Shown here in pieces: positions 54,461 through 62,675 of a DNA stretch of 64,000 nt. This stretch comes from a virus (Duplodnaviria > Heunggongvirae > Uroviricota > Caudoviricetes). The notes beneath the pieces were generated by a model. The model saw nothing but the letters and a program-made list of their open reading frames with translations, was not told the origin of the DNA and ran no database searches. The stretch is from positions 128,738 to 192,737 of IMG/VR virus record IMGVR_UViG_3300047388_000185. One strand, written 5' to 3'. Both the position numbers and the translations under genes were made by a program. Positions within the stretch are counted from its first letter, which is position 1; each line of letters begins with the position of its first letter.

Positions 54461-54805
54461 ATGGATAATATAGACGACTTCGCCAAGTGGACTCGATCAA
54501 ACTGGTTTGCTTTAGAAGAGAAGTTTGACAACGCAACGCCCCTAGATGAACACGACTTGTAAGTCATGTCTTTGGGGCTGCCAGAAGAGGTTGGAGAAGT
54601 ACTATCCGTACTCAAACGTCGCATCAGAGACGACAACTTCGATCAAGACAAAATGAAGAAGGAACTCGGCGATGTCATCCACTACTGGTCGATGATGTGC
54701 AACTACTTCGGCTACAAGCCCAGTGACATCATCGACATCAACATCGCAAAGATCAATGACCGCCGAAGCCGTGGAGCTTTGCGTGGGTCGGGTGACGATC
54801 GCTAA
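54461..54805 (+). CDS. MazG-like nucleotide pyrophosphohydrolase interrupted by an in-frame TAA at 54560-54562
   Basis: C-terminal part LGLPEEVGEV...ELGDVIHYWSMM is MazG core; the upstream same-frame 33 codons (FAKWTRSNWFALEEKFDNATPLDEHDL) look like MazG helix 1; only a TAA separates them. Confidence 0.45.
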
Positions 54806-54847
54806 GACGATCTAAAGATTTGAAACTAATAATAACTATAAAGAAAT

Positions 54848-56743
54848 ATGAACGAAACTAAGTATCTTCCTACGCAACTTCAACAGTACATTCACCTGTC
54901 CCGCTATGCTCGCTGGATCGACCGAGAAAATCGTCGTGAATCCTGGCCTGAAACCGTCAACCGCTATGTGAGCTTCTTCGAGGCCAAGCACCCGGATACG
55001 TATCCGACGGAACTGCTACGGGACGCCATTCTGAATCTGAAGACCATGCCTTCGATGCGTGCTCTGATGACTGCTGGACCGGCATTGGAACGCGATAACG
55101 TTGCAGGTTTCAACTGTTCGTTCATTGCCATTGACCACCCTAAGGCTTTTGATGAGGCCCTATTCATCCTGGCTTGTGGAACCGGCTTGGGCTTCTCAGT
55201 TGAGCGCCAATCCATTGCTAAGCTCCCGGACGTTGCGGATGAATTCTTCCCGACGGACACGGTCATTTCTGTACGAGATAGTAAGATTGGCTGGGCTTCG
55301 GCTTACCGTGAACTGATTACGCTTCTGTACTCTGGTCAAGTCCCGAAGTGGGATGTCTCCAAGGTTCGCCCTGCTGGTGCTCGTCTAAAGACGTTTGGTG
55401 GCCGTGCTTCTGGCCCTAAGCCGCTCGAAGATCTGTTCCGTTTTACCATCGATACCTTTCGGCGCGCTGCTGGTCGCAAGCTCAACAGTGTGGAATGCCA
55501 CGACATGATTTGTAAGGTCGCAGATATCATCGTGGTAGGTGGGGTGCGGCGCAGTGCTTTGATCTCGCTCTCGAACCTCTCCGACGATCGTATGCGTATT
55601 GCCAAGAGTGGGCAATGGTGGGAATCGCAGCCTCAACGGGCTCTGGCCAATAACTCGGCTGTGTATACTGAGAAGCCAAGCGCTGAGATCTTCATGAAGG
55701 AATGGTTGTCCCTGATTGAATCCAAGAGTGGCGAGCGAGGCATCTTCAACCGAGTGTCGGCCAAGAAGAAGGCCGCTGAGTCTGGCCGTCGGGATGTTTC
55801 GTACGACTTTGGAACGAATCCTTGCGGGGAAATCTTGCTGCGTAACTGCGGATTCTGTAACCTGACGGAAGTTGTCATTCGTGCTGAGGATACGCTCGAG
55901 ACTTTGCTAGAAAAGGTTGAGGCTGCAACGATCATGGGGACGTTCCAGTCAACGCTAACGGACTACCGTTATCTGCGTCCGATTTGGAAGAAGAACGCTG
56001 AAGAAGAGCGTCTGCTTGGTGTGTCCATGACTGGTATCATGGACCATCCTTTGCTGAGCCGGGCTTCAGATGAGGCTGCTTCTTGGCTGCAGGCGCTAAA
56101 AGATAAGGCTATCGCTGTCAACGCTTTCTGGGCCGCCAAACTCGGTATCAATCAATCAGTGGCTATCACGACGGTCAAGCCTAGTGGTACCGTGTCACAG
56201 CTCGTGGATTCGGCTTCGGGTATCCATGCTCGTTATGCGGAATTTTATGTACGGACTGTGCGCGGAGATAAGAAAGACCCGCTGGCTATCATGATGCGTG
56301 AGCAAGGCTTCCCAGTAGAGGACTGTGTCATGAAGCCGGATACGACCGATGTATTCTCCTTTCCGGTTAAGGGGCCTGCTACGGGAGTATTTCGTAATGA
56401 TATGAATGCCATCGAACAACTTGAGCATTATTTGATGTACAAAGAAATTTGGTGTGAACATAATCCTTCAATTACTGTGTATGTCAAAGATGAAGAGTGG
56501 CTACGAGTTGGAGCATGGGTTTACGATCACTTTGAATCGATTGGCGGCGTATCCTTCTTGCCGCATACAGAACATTCATATCGTCAAGCGCCGTATTCCG
56601 AAGTAAATAAAGAAGAATATGAGGCCTTGCTTGCTCGTATGCCCGAAGTTAATTGGAATGATCTTAAAAAGTATGAAAAACAAGATACCACTACTGGGAC
56701 CCGTGAACTGAGTTGTAGTGCGGGCGTTTGTGAGCTAATTTGA
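54848..56743 (+). CDS. ribonucleotide reductase, large catalytic subunit (class II NrdJ-like)
   Basis: NPCGEI active-site motif; GG..RR..L thiyl-radical region; 631 aa; no separate radical-generating subunit seen nearby. Confidence 0.8.
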   Translation: MNETKYLPTQLQQYIHLSRYARWIDRENRRESWPETVNRYVSFFEAKHPDTYPTELLRDAILNLKTMPSMRALMTAGPALERDNVAGFNCSFIAIDHPKAFDEALFILACGTGLGFSVERQSIAKLPDVADEFFPTDTVISVRDSKIGWASAYRELITLLYSGQVPKWDVSKVRPAGARLKTFGGRASGPKPLEDLFRFTIDTFRRAAGRKLNSVECHDMICKVADIIVVGGVRRSALISLSNLSDDRMRIAKSGQWWESQPQRALANNSAVYTEKPSAEIFMKEWLSLIESKSGERGIFNRVSAKKKAAESGRRDVSYDFGTNPCGEILLRNCGFCNLTEVVIRAEDTLETLLEKVEAATIMGTFQSTLTDYRYLRPIWKKNAEEERLLGVSMTGIMDHPLLSRASDEAASWLQALKDKAIAVNAFWAAKLGINQSVAITTVKPSGTVSQLVDSASGIHARYAEFYVRTVRGDKKDPLAIMMREQGFPVEDCVMKPDTTDVFSFPVKGPATGVFRNDMNAIEQLEHYLMYKEIWCEHNPSITVYVKDEEWLRVGAWVYDHFESIGGVSFLPHTEHSYRQAPYSEVNKEEYEALLARMPEVNWNDLKKYEKQDTTTGTRELSCSAGVCELI

Positions 56744-57246
56744 TGGATTCCCGAGCCGCAAAAATTAGTGCAAGTCGGCAAGCTTACTGGGATAATAAGT
56801 TTAAGGATATCCCGGAAGGATTTAGAATCTGTACTACCTGTGATCAATTACTTGAATATCATTTATTCTCAAAACAAAAGGATGGTAAGCATGGCTTAGC
56901 ATCCGAATGCAAAAAATGTCGTCGTCTATATAAGGATAAGTGGTGGGGGAATTTTTCACCTGAGGCCAAATTACACGGATACGCTCGAAAGAGGGCAAAG
57001 GGTAAAAATAGGGAATTCGATATTGAAGTTGAAGATGTAGTGATTCCAGAAATTTGTCCAGTATTAAAAATTCCTATGATTAAACCAAGTATTGATAGGA
57101 TAGATAGCTCCAAGGGTTATATAAAAGGAAATATTCGAGTAATTTCTTATCGGGCTAATCAGCTTAAAAGTAATGGAACTTTAGAAGAAATGAAATTAGT
57201 CGTTGAAGATTTTGAACGCATCGAAGCCGAAAAGAATAAGAACTAA
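56740..57246 (+). CDS. HNH homing endonuclease
   Basis: IDRIDSSKGYIKGNIRVISYRANQLKSN HNH core; Cys-rich N-terminus; AT-rich; overlaps the RNR stop. Confidence 0.65.
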   Translation: MMDSRAAKISASRQAYWDNKFKDIPEGFRICTTCDQLLEYHLFSKQKDGKHGLASECKKCRRLYKDKWWGNFSPEAKLHGYARKRAKGKNREFDIEVEDVVIPEICPVLKIPMIKPSIDRIDSSKGYIKGNIRVISYRANQLKSNGTLEEMKLVVEDFERIEAEKNKN

Positions 57247-57250
57247 ACAA

Positions 57251-57270
57251 AGGCCCTTCGGGGCTTTTTC
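57251..57270 (+). terminator. rho-independent terminator
   Basis: AGGCCC-TTCG-GGGCTT followed by TTTT. Confidence 0.6.
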
Positions 57271-57275
57271 TAATA

Positions 57276-57542
57276 ATGACAAAACGACAACGAAACGAGC
57301 AACAACCATTCACCATAGATGAATTGGAGCTAATCCATACTTGCCTCATGGATGAAGAGCCGTTAGAATTAGTTGGTACGAAAGAGCTTAATTTCACGTA
57401 CGCAATCAAGGCTCAATTACCGGATCTCTTCCACGTATGGAGGGCAAAAGACAGGGCAGATGCAGAGGCGTTTTATGAACAAGGCGTCCTGTGGCACATT
57501 ATAAAAACAATGAAGGACAAAGAACAAAATGGCAGTCGGTGA
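57276..57542 (+). CDS. hypothetical protein
   Basis: 88-aa ORF. Confidence 0.4.
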   Translation: MTKRQRNEQQPFTIDELELIHTCLMDEEPLELVGTKELNFTYAIKAQLPDLFHVWRAKDRADAEAFYEQGVLWHIIKTMKDKEQNGSR

Positions 57543-58194
57543 TGTAAACAGTAATGAAAAGGGCAGCGGGGCCCGTTACAACGAGGGGAAGCCGGACTTC
57601 TCTCTGATCCCGTTCTGTACAATGGAAGACGAAGCTCGAGTCTGGGCTTACGGCAAGAAGAAGTACGCCGCTTGGAATTGGTGTAAGGGCATGGATTGGG
57701 ACGTCCCATTCGCCTGCATGATGCGTCATATGGCTAAGTGGCAAATGGGAGAAGAGAACGATTCGGAATCGGGGCTGCCTCACCTAGCTCATGCCCTGTG
57801 TAATCTTCGTATGTTGACGCTGTTTGCGAAGACGTACAAAGAAGGGGACACTCGGCCGACTAAATGGTTGGAGGATTTCTTTGATAAGGCTCCAGTTCAG
57901 ACTGATATTCATTCCAGTCTACAGAACAACAATCTTCCAACTACGGCGGGGGTCCGAGATAATGGTATGATGACTACGAAACCTCAATCTCCTCCTCCTC
58001 AAATCTTGAGGGGTGTATCGGAGGGAATCTCTCCAACCCACAGCCCAGATTATATAAGGGGAGAGGTAGATTCCAGGAGTATTATTCAACGGGCTTTGGA
58101 TTCGGATCATCCTACGGCCGTGACCAATAACCCTTTCCAAATTGGTCCTGAAACCTATGGGTGGACAGCAAGTGCAACAAACAAAACTAAGTAG
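57529..58194 (+). CDS. dATP/dGTP diphosphohydrolase-like (DUF5664-like) protein
   Basis: RYNEGKPDFSLIP...YGKKKYAAWNWCKG...RHMAKWQMGEENDSESGLPHLAHALCN pattern; family assignment is from memory. Confidence 0.45.
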   Translation: MAVGDVNSNEKGSGARYNEGKPDFSLIPFCTMEDEARVWAYGKKKYAAWNWCKGMDWDVPFACMMRHMAKWQMGEENDSESGLPHLAHALCNLRMLTLFAKTYKEGDTRPTKWLEDFFDKAPVQTDIHSSLQNNNLPTTAGVRDNGMMTTKPQSPPPQILRGVSEGISPTHSPDYIRGEVDSRSIIQRALDSDHPTAVTNNPFQIGPETYGWTASATNKTK

Positions 58195-58429
58195 CCTTAT
58201 CGAGGCTCTAGTCAACATCGTCATTGGTTTCACAATCAATTACTTTGTTAACCTGATGGTATTTCCATTGTTTAACATGCACATTAGTGCGTTGAACAAC
58301 TTCTACATGGGATTGATTTATACTCTTATTTCTGTCGTACGTAGTTATGCCTTACGTCGCTGGTTTAATGCTCATCTGCACGATGCTGCTTCTTCGGTTG
58401 CCGCTTGGTGGGTGAGGGTTAGAACATGA
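58142..58429 (+). CDS. small membrane protein
   Basis: hydrophobic helices; overlaps the previous ORF. Confidence 0.3.
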   Translation: MVLKPMGGQQVQQTKLSSLIEALVNIVIGFTINYFVNLMVFPLFNMHISALNNFYMGLIYTLISVVRSYALRRWFNAHLHDAASSVAAWWVRVRT

Positions 58430-58737
58430 CAGCTCAACTAGCAATCATCGGCTCTCAATGTGCAGGTCATTGCACCGGGCACTCCGGTGGTAGAAACTGG
58501 ACGGGGGTAATCTCAACCACGCCTCAGTCCATTGGAACAGCCGGTGGCACTGCGCTGGCTCTGATCGGATCCACTGGGGTGGCAGACTGTGGACATACGT
58601 TTACAGTCATCGATGGGTCTACGATTGCAACTGAGGCTGGAGTTGGCTTAGCCATTGTAGGTAGTCATTGTCCGACTTCACCCGGGGGTAGTACGGGAGT
58701 TATAACCACGGGGTATGCGTATGGAACGACCGCCTAA
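58426..58737 (+). CDS. PAAR-like repeat protein (tail-spike tip candidate)
   Basis: three repeats IIGSQCAGHC / LIGSTGVADCGH / IVGSHCPTSPGG resembling PAAR motifs. Confidence 0.4.
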   Translation: MTAQLAIIGSQCAGHCTGHSGGRNWTGVISTTPQSIGTAGGTALALIGSTGVADCGHTFTVIDGSTIATEAGVGLAIVGSHCPTSPGGSTGVITTGYAYGTTA

Positions 58738-59305
58738 AGTAGGTTTTGGATTTGATCCCGCCTGGAAAACTTTGGGATCTGCAGTTGTTCAAGAGACGAC
58801 TAAACCCTTTAAATTCGACGTTATCTTCTCGAGTACGACTTCCCCCGGGGATGATCCAAGTGGTCCCTGCTTCCACGTTGCTTCATTAGTGGAAAGCATG
58901 TTGGCGTACGCTGGACAGAATCCTGCGAATGAAATCTCAGTCTGCCTAGAGCGTTTCGTCTCGTATGGGAATGTTCGATCTTCTCATACAGAGGAGATAA
59001 CGAGAATCATTGGGCAGTTAGAAATGAAGGTAGAGCTTACTCCAGGTTTATATGGGCCTTTGATGCTCAAAGCTATTGACTGGAAGACAAAGTTATGTCA
59101 GACTCTTGTTAAATATGCTGGCTTTGATAATCCCTCCGCTTCTCTAGACAAGAAGTTTTCTATCGCTGCAGCTAAACATATCTCTACTACTCCCGATGAC
59201 AAAATCTCAGACCACGAAGCCGATGCGATTTGCCTGGCTGCATACCCTCACATCCTGGCTCAAGTTCACGCCGCCAGAACCAGCGGACGAGCATCGCTGG
59301 GTTAA
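58715..59305 (+). CDS. RuvC-like Holliday-junction resolvase
   Basis: GFGFDPAWKTLGSAV (Asp 1), ERF (Glu), SDHEADAICLA (Asp/His) catalytic signature. Confidence 0.6.
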   Translation: MRMERPPKVGFGFDPAWKTLGSAVVQETTKPFKFDVIFSSTTSPGDDPSGPCFHVASLVESMLAYAGQNPANEISVCLERFVSYGNVRSSHTEEITRIIGQLEMKVELTPGLYGPLMLKAIDWKTKLCQTLVKYAGFDNPSASLDKKFSIAAAKHISTTPDDKISDHEADAICLAAYPHILAQVHAARTSGRASLG

Positions 59306-59531
59306 AAGCCCGCCTGGGGCTGAATTTCCCAGGCACATCCTGGAAGATGACGTACAAGAAGAAGAGTTGCCAGTCTTCGATATTCAGAAAGATGTGCTCG
59401 TTCTTCCACTTGGTTTTGACACTAGCAAGTACAGTACTAAAAGCAAGCTTACGCTTGAACTACTTGATGAAATGGGAAAAGTCATATACATCTCTTCTTT
59501 AACTAAACCAGCAATTATAAAGGTTCGCTAA
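59196..59531 (+). CDS. hypothetical protein (uncertain; overlaps the RuvC 3' end)
   Basis: 111-aa ORF whose stop overlaps the dCMP deaminase start (TAATG), suggesting coupling; no start downstream of the overlap. Confidence 0.25.
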   Translation: MTKSQTTKPMRFAWLHTLTSWLKFTPPEPADEHRWVKSPPGAEFPRHILEDDVQEEELPVFDIQKDVLVLPLGFDTSKYSTKSKLTLELLDEMGKVIYISSLTKPAIIKVR

Positions 59532-60016
59532 TGAATACTAATAGTCCCAAATGGGATTTTCGCTTTTTAGACCAGGCCAAACTTATCTCTACTTGGTCTA
59601 AGGATCCCAGCACTCAAACAGGTGCTGTCATCGTTGCTCCCAATGGCGCAGTTGTTTCTCAAGGCTTCAACGGCTTTCCTGCAAATATGGAAGACAAGCC
59701 TGAACTGTATGCCAACCGAGAAGAGAAGTATAGTCGTATCGTTCACTGTGAAATGAATGCGGCTATGTACGCTCAACGTAGCCTGGCTGGATGCACTCTG
59801 TACACGTACCCGTTCATCTCGTGTGATCGTTGTTTCGTTCATATGCTTCAGCTGGGTATTACTCGGTTTGTAGCACCTAAGGCGACTGAAGAACAACTGA
59901 CTCGTTGGGGTCCGGCGTTTGAGAGGGTTCGAGGATATGCTAAAGAAGCTGGCGTTGAGTTGATTGAAGTTGATTACAATACATTACGTTCAATTCCGGG
60001 CGAAAAGCTGGTATAA
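59531..60016 (+). CDS. dCMP deaminase
   Basis: zinc-binding HCEMNA ... PCxxC (PFISCDRC). Confidence 0.8.
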   Translation: MNTNSPKWDFRFLDQAKLISTWSKDPSTQTGAVIVAPNGAVVSQGFNGFPANMEDKPELYANREEKYSRIVHCEMNAAMYAQRSLAGCTLYTYPFISCDRCFVHMLQLGITRFVAPKATEEQLTRWGPAFERVRGYAKEAGVELIEVDYNTLRSIPGEKLV

Positions 60017-60017
60017 G
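60009..60017 (+). promoter_or_regulatory. TGGTATAAG promoter-like motif, copy 13
   Basis: overlaps the dCMP deaminase stop; 71 nt upstream of the 60088 ORF. Confidence 0.45.
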
Positions 60018-60087
60018 CTAGTACGAAACAGTCTTATTGTTTCTGAATTCAAAAACAACAATTTCACACATAATAAAAGAGATAACT

Positions 60088-60327
60088 ATGTCGACCAAGA
60101 CTTTTGCCAACAACCTGATCCGCACCCAAAAGGCGTTTTCGCTGAACAACACGGATCTGTCCTACGTTCTGGGTACTAGCCGTCGTACCCTGGGTCGGAT
60201 TAAGTCCGCCACCCCGTACTACACCCCGTCTGAAGAAACGATCGAAACGATCGCTGATGCCTACGGAGTCGCCCCTCAGCAAGTGACCAAACGCCTCAAG
60301 GCTGCCGTCATCGCTAGCGTTCTGTAA
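60088..60327 (+). CDS. small HTH DNA-binding protein
   Basis: LSYVLGTSRRTLGRIKS helix-turn-helix-like segment; AAAGAG RBS. Confidence 0.45.
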   Translation: MSTKTFANNLIRTQKAFSLNNTDLSYVLGTSRRTLGRIKSATPYYTPSEETIETIADAYGVAPQQVTKRLKAAVIASVL

Positions 60328-60374
60328 TCTCCCTTTCGTCTTTTCTCGTCCTTGTCTTTCATTGGAGTTTCATC

Positions 60375-60569
60375 ATGAGTACCCAAGTAGTTGCACAGTA
60401 TCCCGAACTCGGTTTCACTGTTTTAGAAGACGATGTAGGTCAGTTCCTGCAACTGGCTGAAAAGGATCAGATTGTCCCAGTTCGGGACTATAAAAAGACG
60501 ACAGTCAAGGCTCTTCTATCTGCGTTTGTTCGGCCAAAGGTCGCGGCAGTGGAACGAGCCCGAGCATAA
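60375..60569 (+). CDS. hypothetical small protein
   Basis: 64-aa ORF. Confidence 0.35.
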   Translation: MSTQVVAQYPELGFTVLEDDVGQFLQLAEKDQIVPVRDYKKTTVKALLSAFVRPKVAAVERARA

Positions 60570-60921
60570 GTACCGAACAAAGTTAGACGTATAGCATAGC
60601 GGACGCGAACGTTCAACCGGGGTGAGAAGCCCCGTCCGATGTAGTACACTGCCAAAAGCAAAGAATAAAGTAACTTTGTTCAAGTTCGCTTCGGCTGTGC
60701 CGAGCGGATCTGGGACCACGGACCCAGTTACAACTATTAATCGGCTCACTAGTGTCGACGACATCTGCGTCGCCGGAGACCCGATGAGTACATCAAGAAT
60801 TAGTAATACCCTTTGAATTGTATGATCTAAGAAGATCAGAGTAGAGTAACTCTGCTCACGTCATCTTCTGCAAATCTCCAAGAGAAAGCAGAATCGGTCG
60901 CACGAGAATTCAAAGTTCCCA

Positions 60922-61040
60922 GACCCCTTAGCTCAGTGGGAGAGCGGCCCGGTGCCCCGGGTGAATCCAAACTTGTTCATTGAACCTTAGCGGGTTCTAC
61001 ATGCCGGTTAGCGTCGTTGGTTCGAATCCAACAGAGGTCA
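60922..61040 (+). ncRNA. atypical tRNA-like element (119 nt: canonical 5' half and T-arm/acceptor 3' separated by an extra ~50 nt)
   Basis: GACCCCT-TA-GCTC-AGTGGGA-GAGC then a GCCCG stem with a 6-nt loop containing TGCC (a GCC/Gly anticodon if canonical); 50 nt later GTTGG-TTCGAAT-CCAAC-AGAGGTC-A. Confidence 0.3.
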
Positions 61041-61298
61041 TCCAGAATCGCGTTATGTATAACGGTTAAAACAGTATGTACGGTCGTTGAGAAAACGTAT
61101 AACTGGGACGGGTAGGCCTATAAGCCTATGAAATGTCCATCTAAACCTAGAAGATTGAAACAGTCTTCAAGTTCGGTTCAGGTCAGCGTACGCGCTTCTC
61201 CTGATCTCAGCTTAACAGCTGTTCGAAGAGCTCCTCGAGATCTGCAGGCTGCCTGGCGGCCCAGAATCGCAGATAACGCATTATAATAAGGTTCCTAA

Positions 61299-61373
61299 TG
61301 GGGAATCGTCAAGCGGCTTAAGACACTACACTTTGACTGTAGCATTTCGTAGGTTCGAATCCTACTTCCCCTG
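61299..61373 (+). tRNA. tRNA-Gln (anticodon TTG) with a T1.T72 mismatch
   Basis: acceptor TGGGGAA/TTCCCCT; anticodon stem CTACA/TGTAG with loop CTTTGAC; T-arm GTAGG-TTCGAAT-CCTAC; CCA encoded. Confidence 0.55.
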
Positions 61374-61382
61374 CCAAGATTT

Positions 61383-61455
61383 TCCGGGATAGCTCAGTTG
61401 GTAGAGCGCTCGATTGTTACTCGAGTTGTCCGAGGTTCGATCCCTTGTCCCGGAG
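61383..61455 (+). tRNA. tRNA-Asn (anticodon GTT)
   Basis: acceptor TCCGGGA/TCCCGGA; D-arm GCTC-AGTTGGTA-GAGC; anticodon stem CTCGA/TCGAG with loop TTGTTAC; T-arm CGAGG-TTCGATC-CCTTG; CCA encoded. Confidence 0.7.
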
Positions 61456-61781
61456 CCAATTTCCAGCACTCCGGTGCTTCGCACGTTGAGTATGTCAGCG
61501 AAAATAATCTCAGTATAATATGATGTTAATCAATGAATCACTGAGTTGTTTTGTCCTAGAATATCTAACCTATTAATGTCCTAGATATTCGAAGTCCCTG
61601 AGTCAAGTGCAACACTTGGCAATTACCCTGGGTCTGCGCCCCGCTTCTATGGCCACTCCGGCCAGGCGGTGACCGGGTCCTATACTTCCCAATAATTCTG
61701 GGAGCTCCCAACAGCTCCGGGATGCAGTCAACGTAACCTTAAGAAAATCGAGATTTTCTTTTAACTGTTCTAATTATAACT

Positions 61782-62663
61782 ATGACAACTTCTCCTGTCT
61801 TTATTCTCTTTCATGCGGGGTGCCAGGATGGGACTGCGAGTAAATACGCCGCTTGGTGTAAGTACGGCGATGAAGGTGCCAAGTACTTCCCAGTTGCCTA
61901 CGGCGACCCAATCCCGGCCATCCCGGATGGCTCGGAAGTCTACATCATCGACTTCAGCTACGACAAAGCCACGCTGGAAGCCCTAAACGCGCGTTGTTCG
62001 AAGGTCGTAGTACTCGACCACCATAAGAGCGCAGAAGAGGCCTTGAAAGGCCTGGATTTCGCTTTCTTCGATATGAACCGTTCCGGGGCTGTCATGGCTT
62101 GGAACTACTTTCATCCTGACACCCCTGCGCCCCGAGTCTTATTACGAGTTCAGGATCGGGATCTATGGCGCTGGCAGTACAAGGATACGAAGCCTGTTAC
62201 GTCTGCTCTTCAAGTTCTCGGTGATGACATGATGGCTTGGGATTCGTATCTTGGCGCCAACTCGGTCTATGAAAAAGACACCCTGGCTCAGAATGGTCAA
62301 TGGATCGAGAAGTATAAAGAAGTTTCCATCGAACGCGCCTCCCGAGCCTACCAAGTTACTTTGCGTGTCTGGATGGGTTTCAAAGTTGCCATCATCAATT
62401 CCAATGATCTGCAGTCCGAGATTGGCGCTCATCTGTACGAGAAGTACCCAGTCGACTTTGTCATCATCTATTCTCTGAACGGTGCGGGCCTCGTCAACAT
62501 CGGCCTTCGTAGCAAAGATCCCACTGGAACTGACGTTTCTAACGTAGCTAAAATGTATGGAGGCGGCGGTCACAAACACTCTGCTGGATGTTCGGCCGCT
62601 ACTGAAATTATTCATCAGTGGTATTCTTCTCCGTTTTTCTCCGTTCCCCAATCCAACGAATAA
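61782..62663 (+). CDS. DHH-family phosphoesterase (NrnA-like nanoRNase/pAp phosphatase)
   Basis: DHH motif VVLDHHKS; DHHA1 motif GGGGHKHSAG. Confidence 0.7.
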   Translation: MTTSPVFILFHAGCQDGTASKYAAWCKYGDEGAKYFPVAYGDPIPAIPDGSEVYIIDFSYDKATLEALNARCSKVVVLDHHKSAEEALKGLDFAFFDMNRSGAVMAWNYFHPDTPAPRVLLRVQDRDLWRWQYKDTKPVTSALQVLGDDMMAWDSYLGANSVYEKDTLAQNGQWIEKYKEVSIERASRAYQVTLRVWMGFKVAIINSNDLQSEIGAHLYEKYPVDFVIIYSLNGAGLVNIGLRSKDPTGTDVSNVAKMYGGGGHKHSAGCSAATEIIHQWYSSPFFSVPQSNE

Positions 62664-62675
62664 AAGGTTTTCTTC

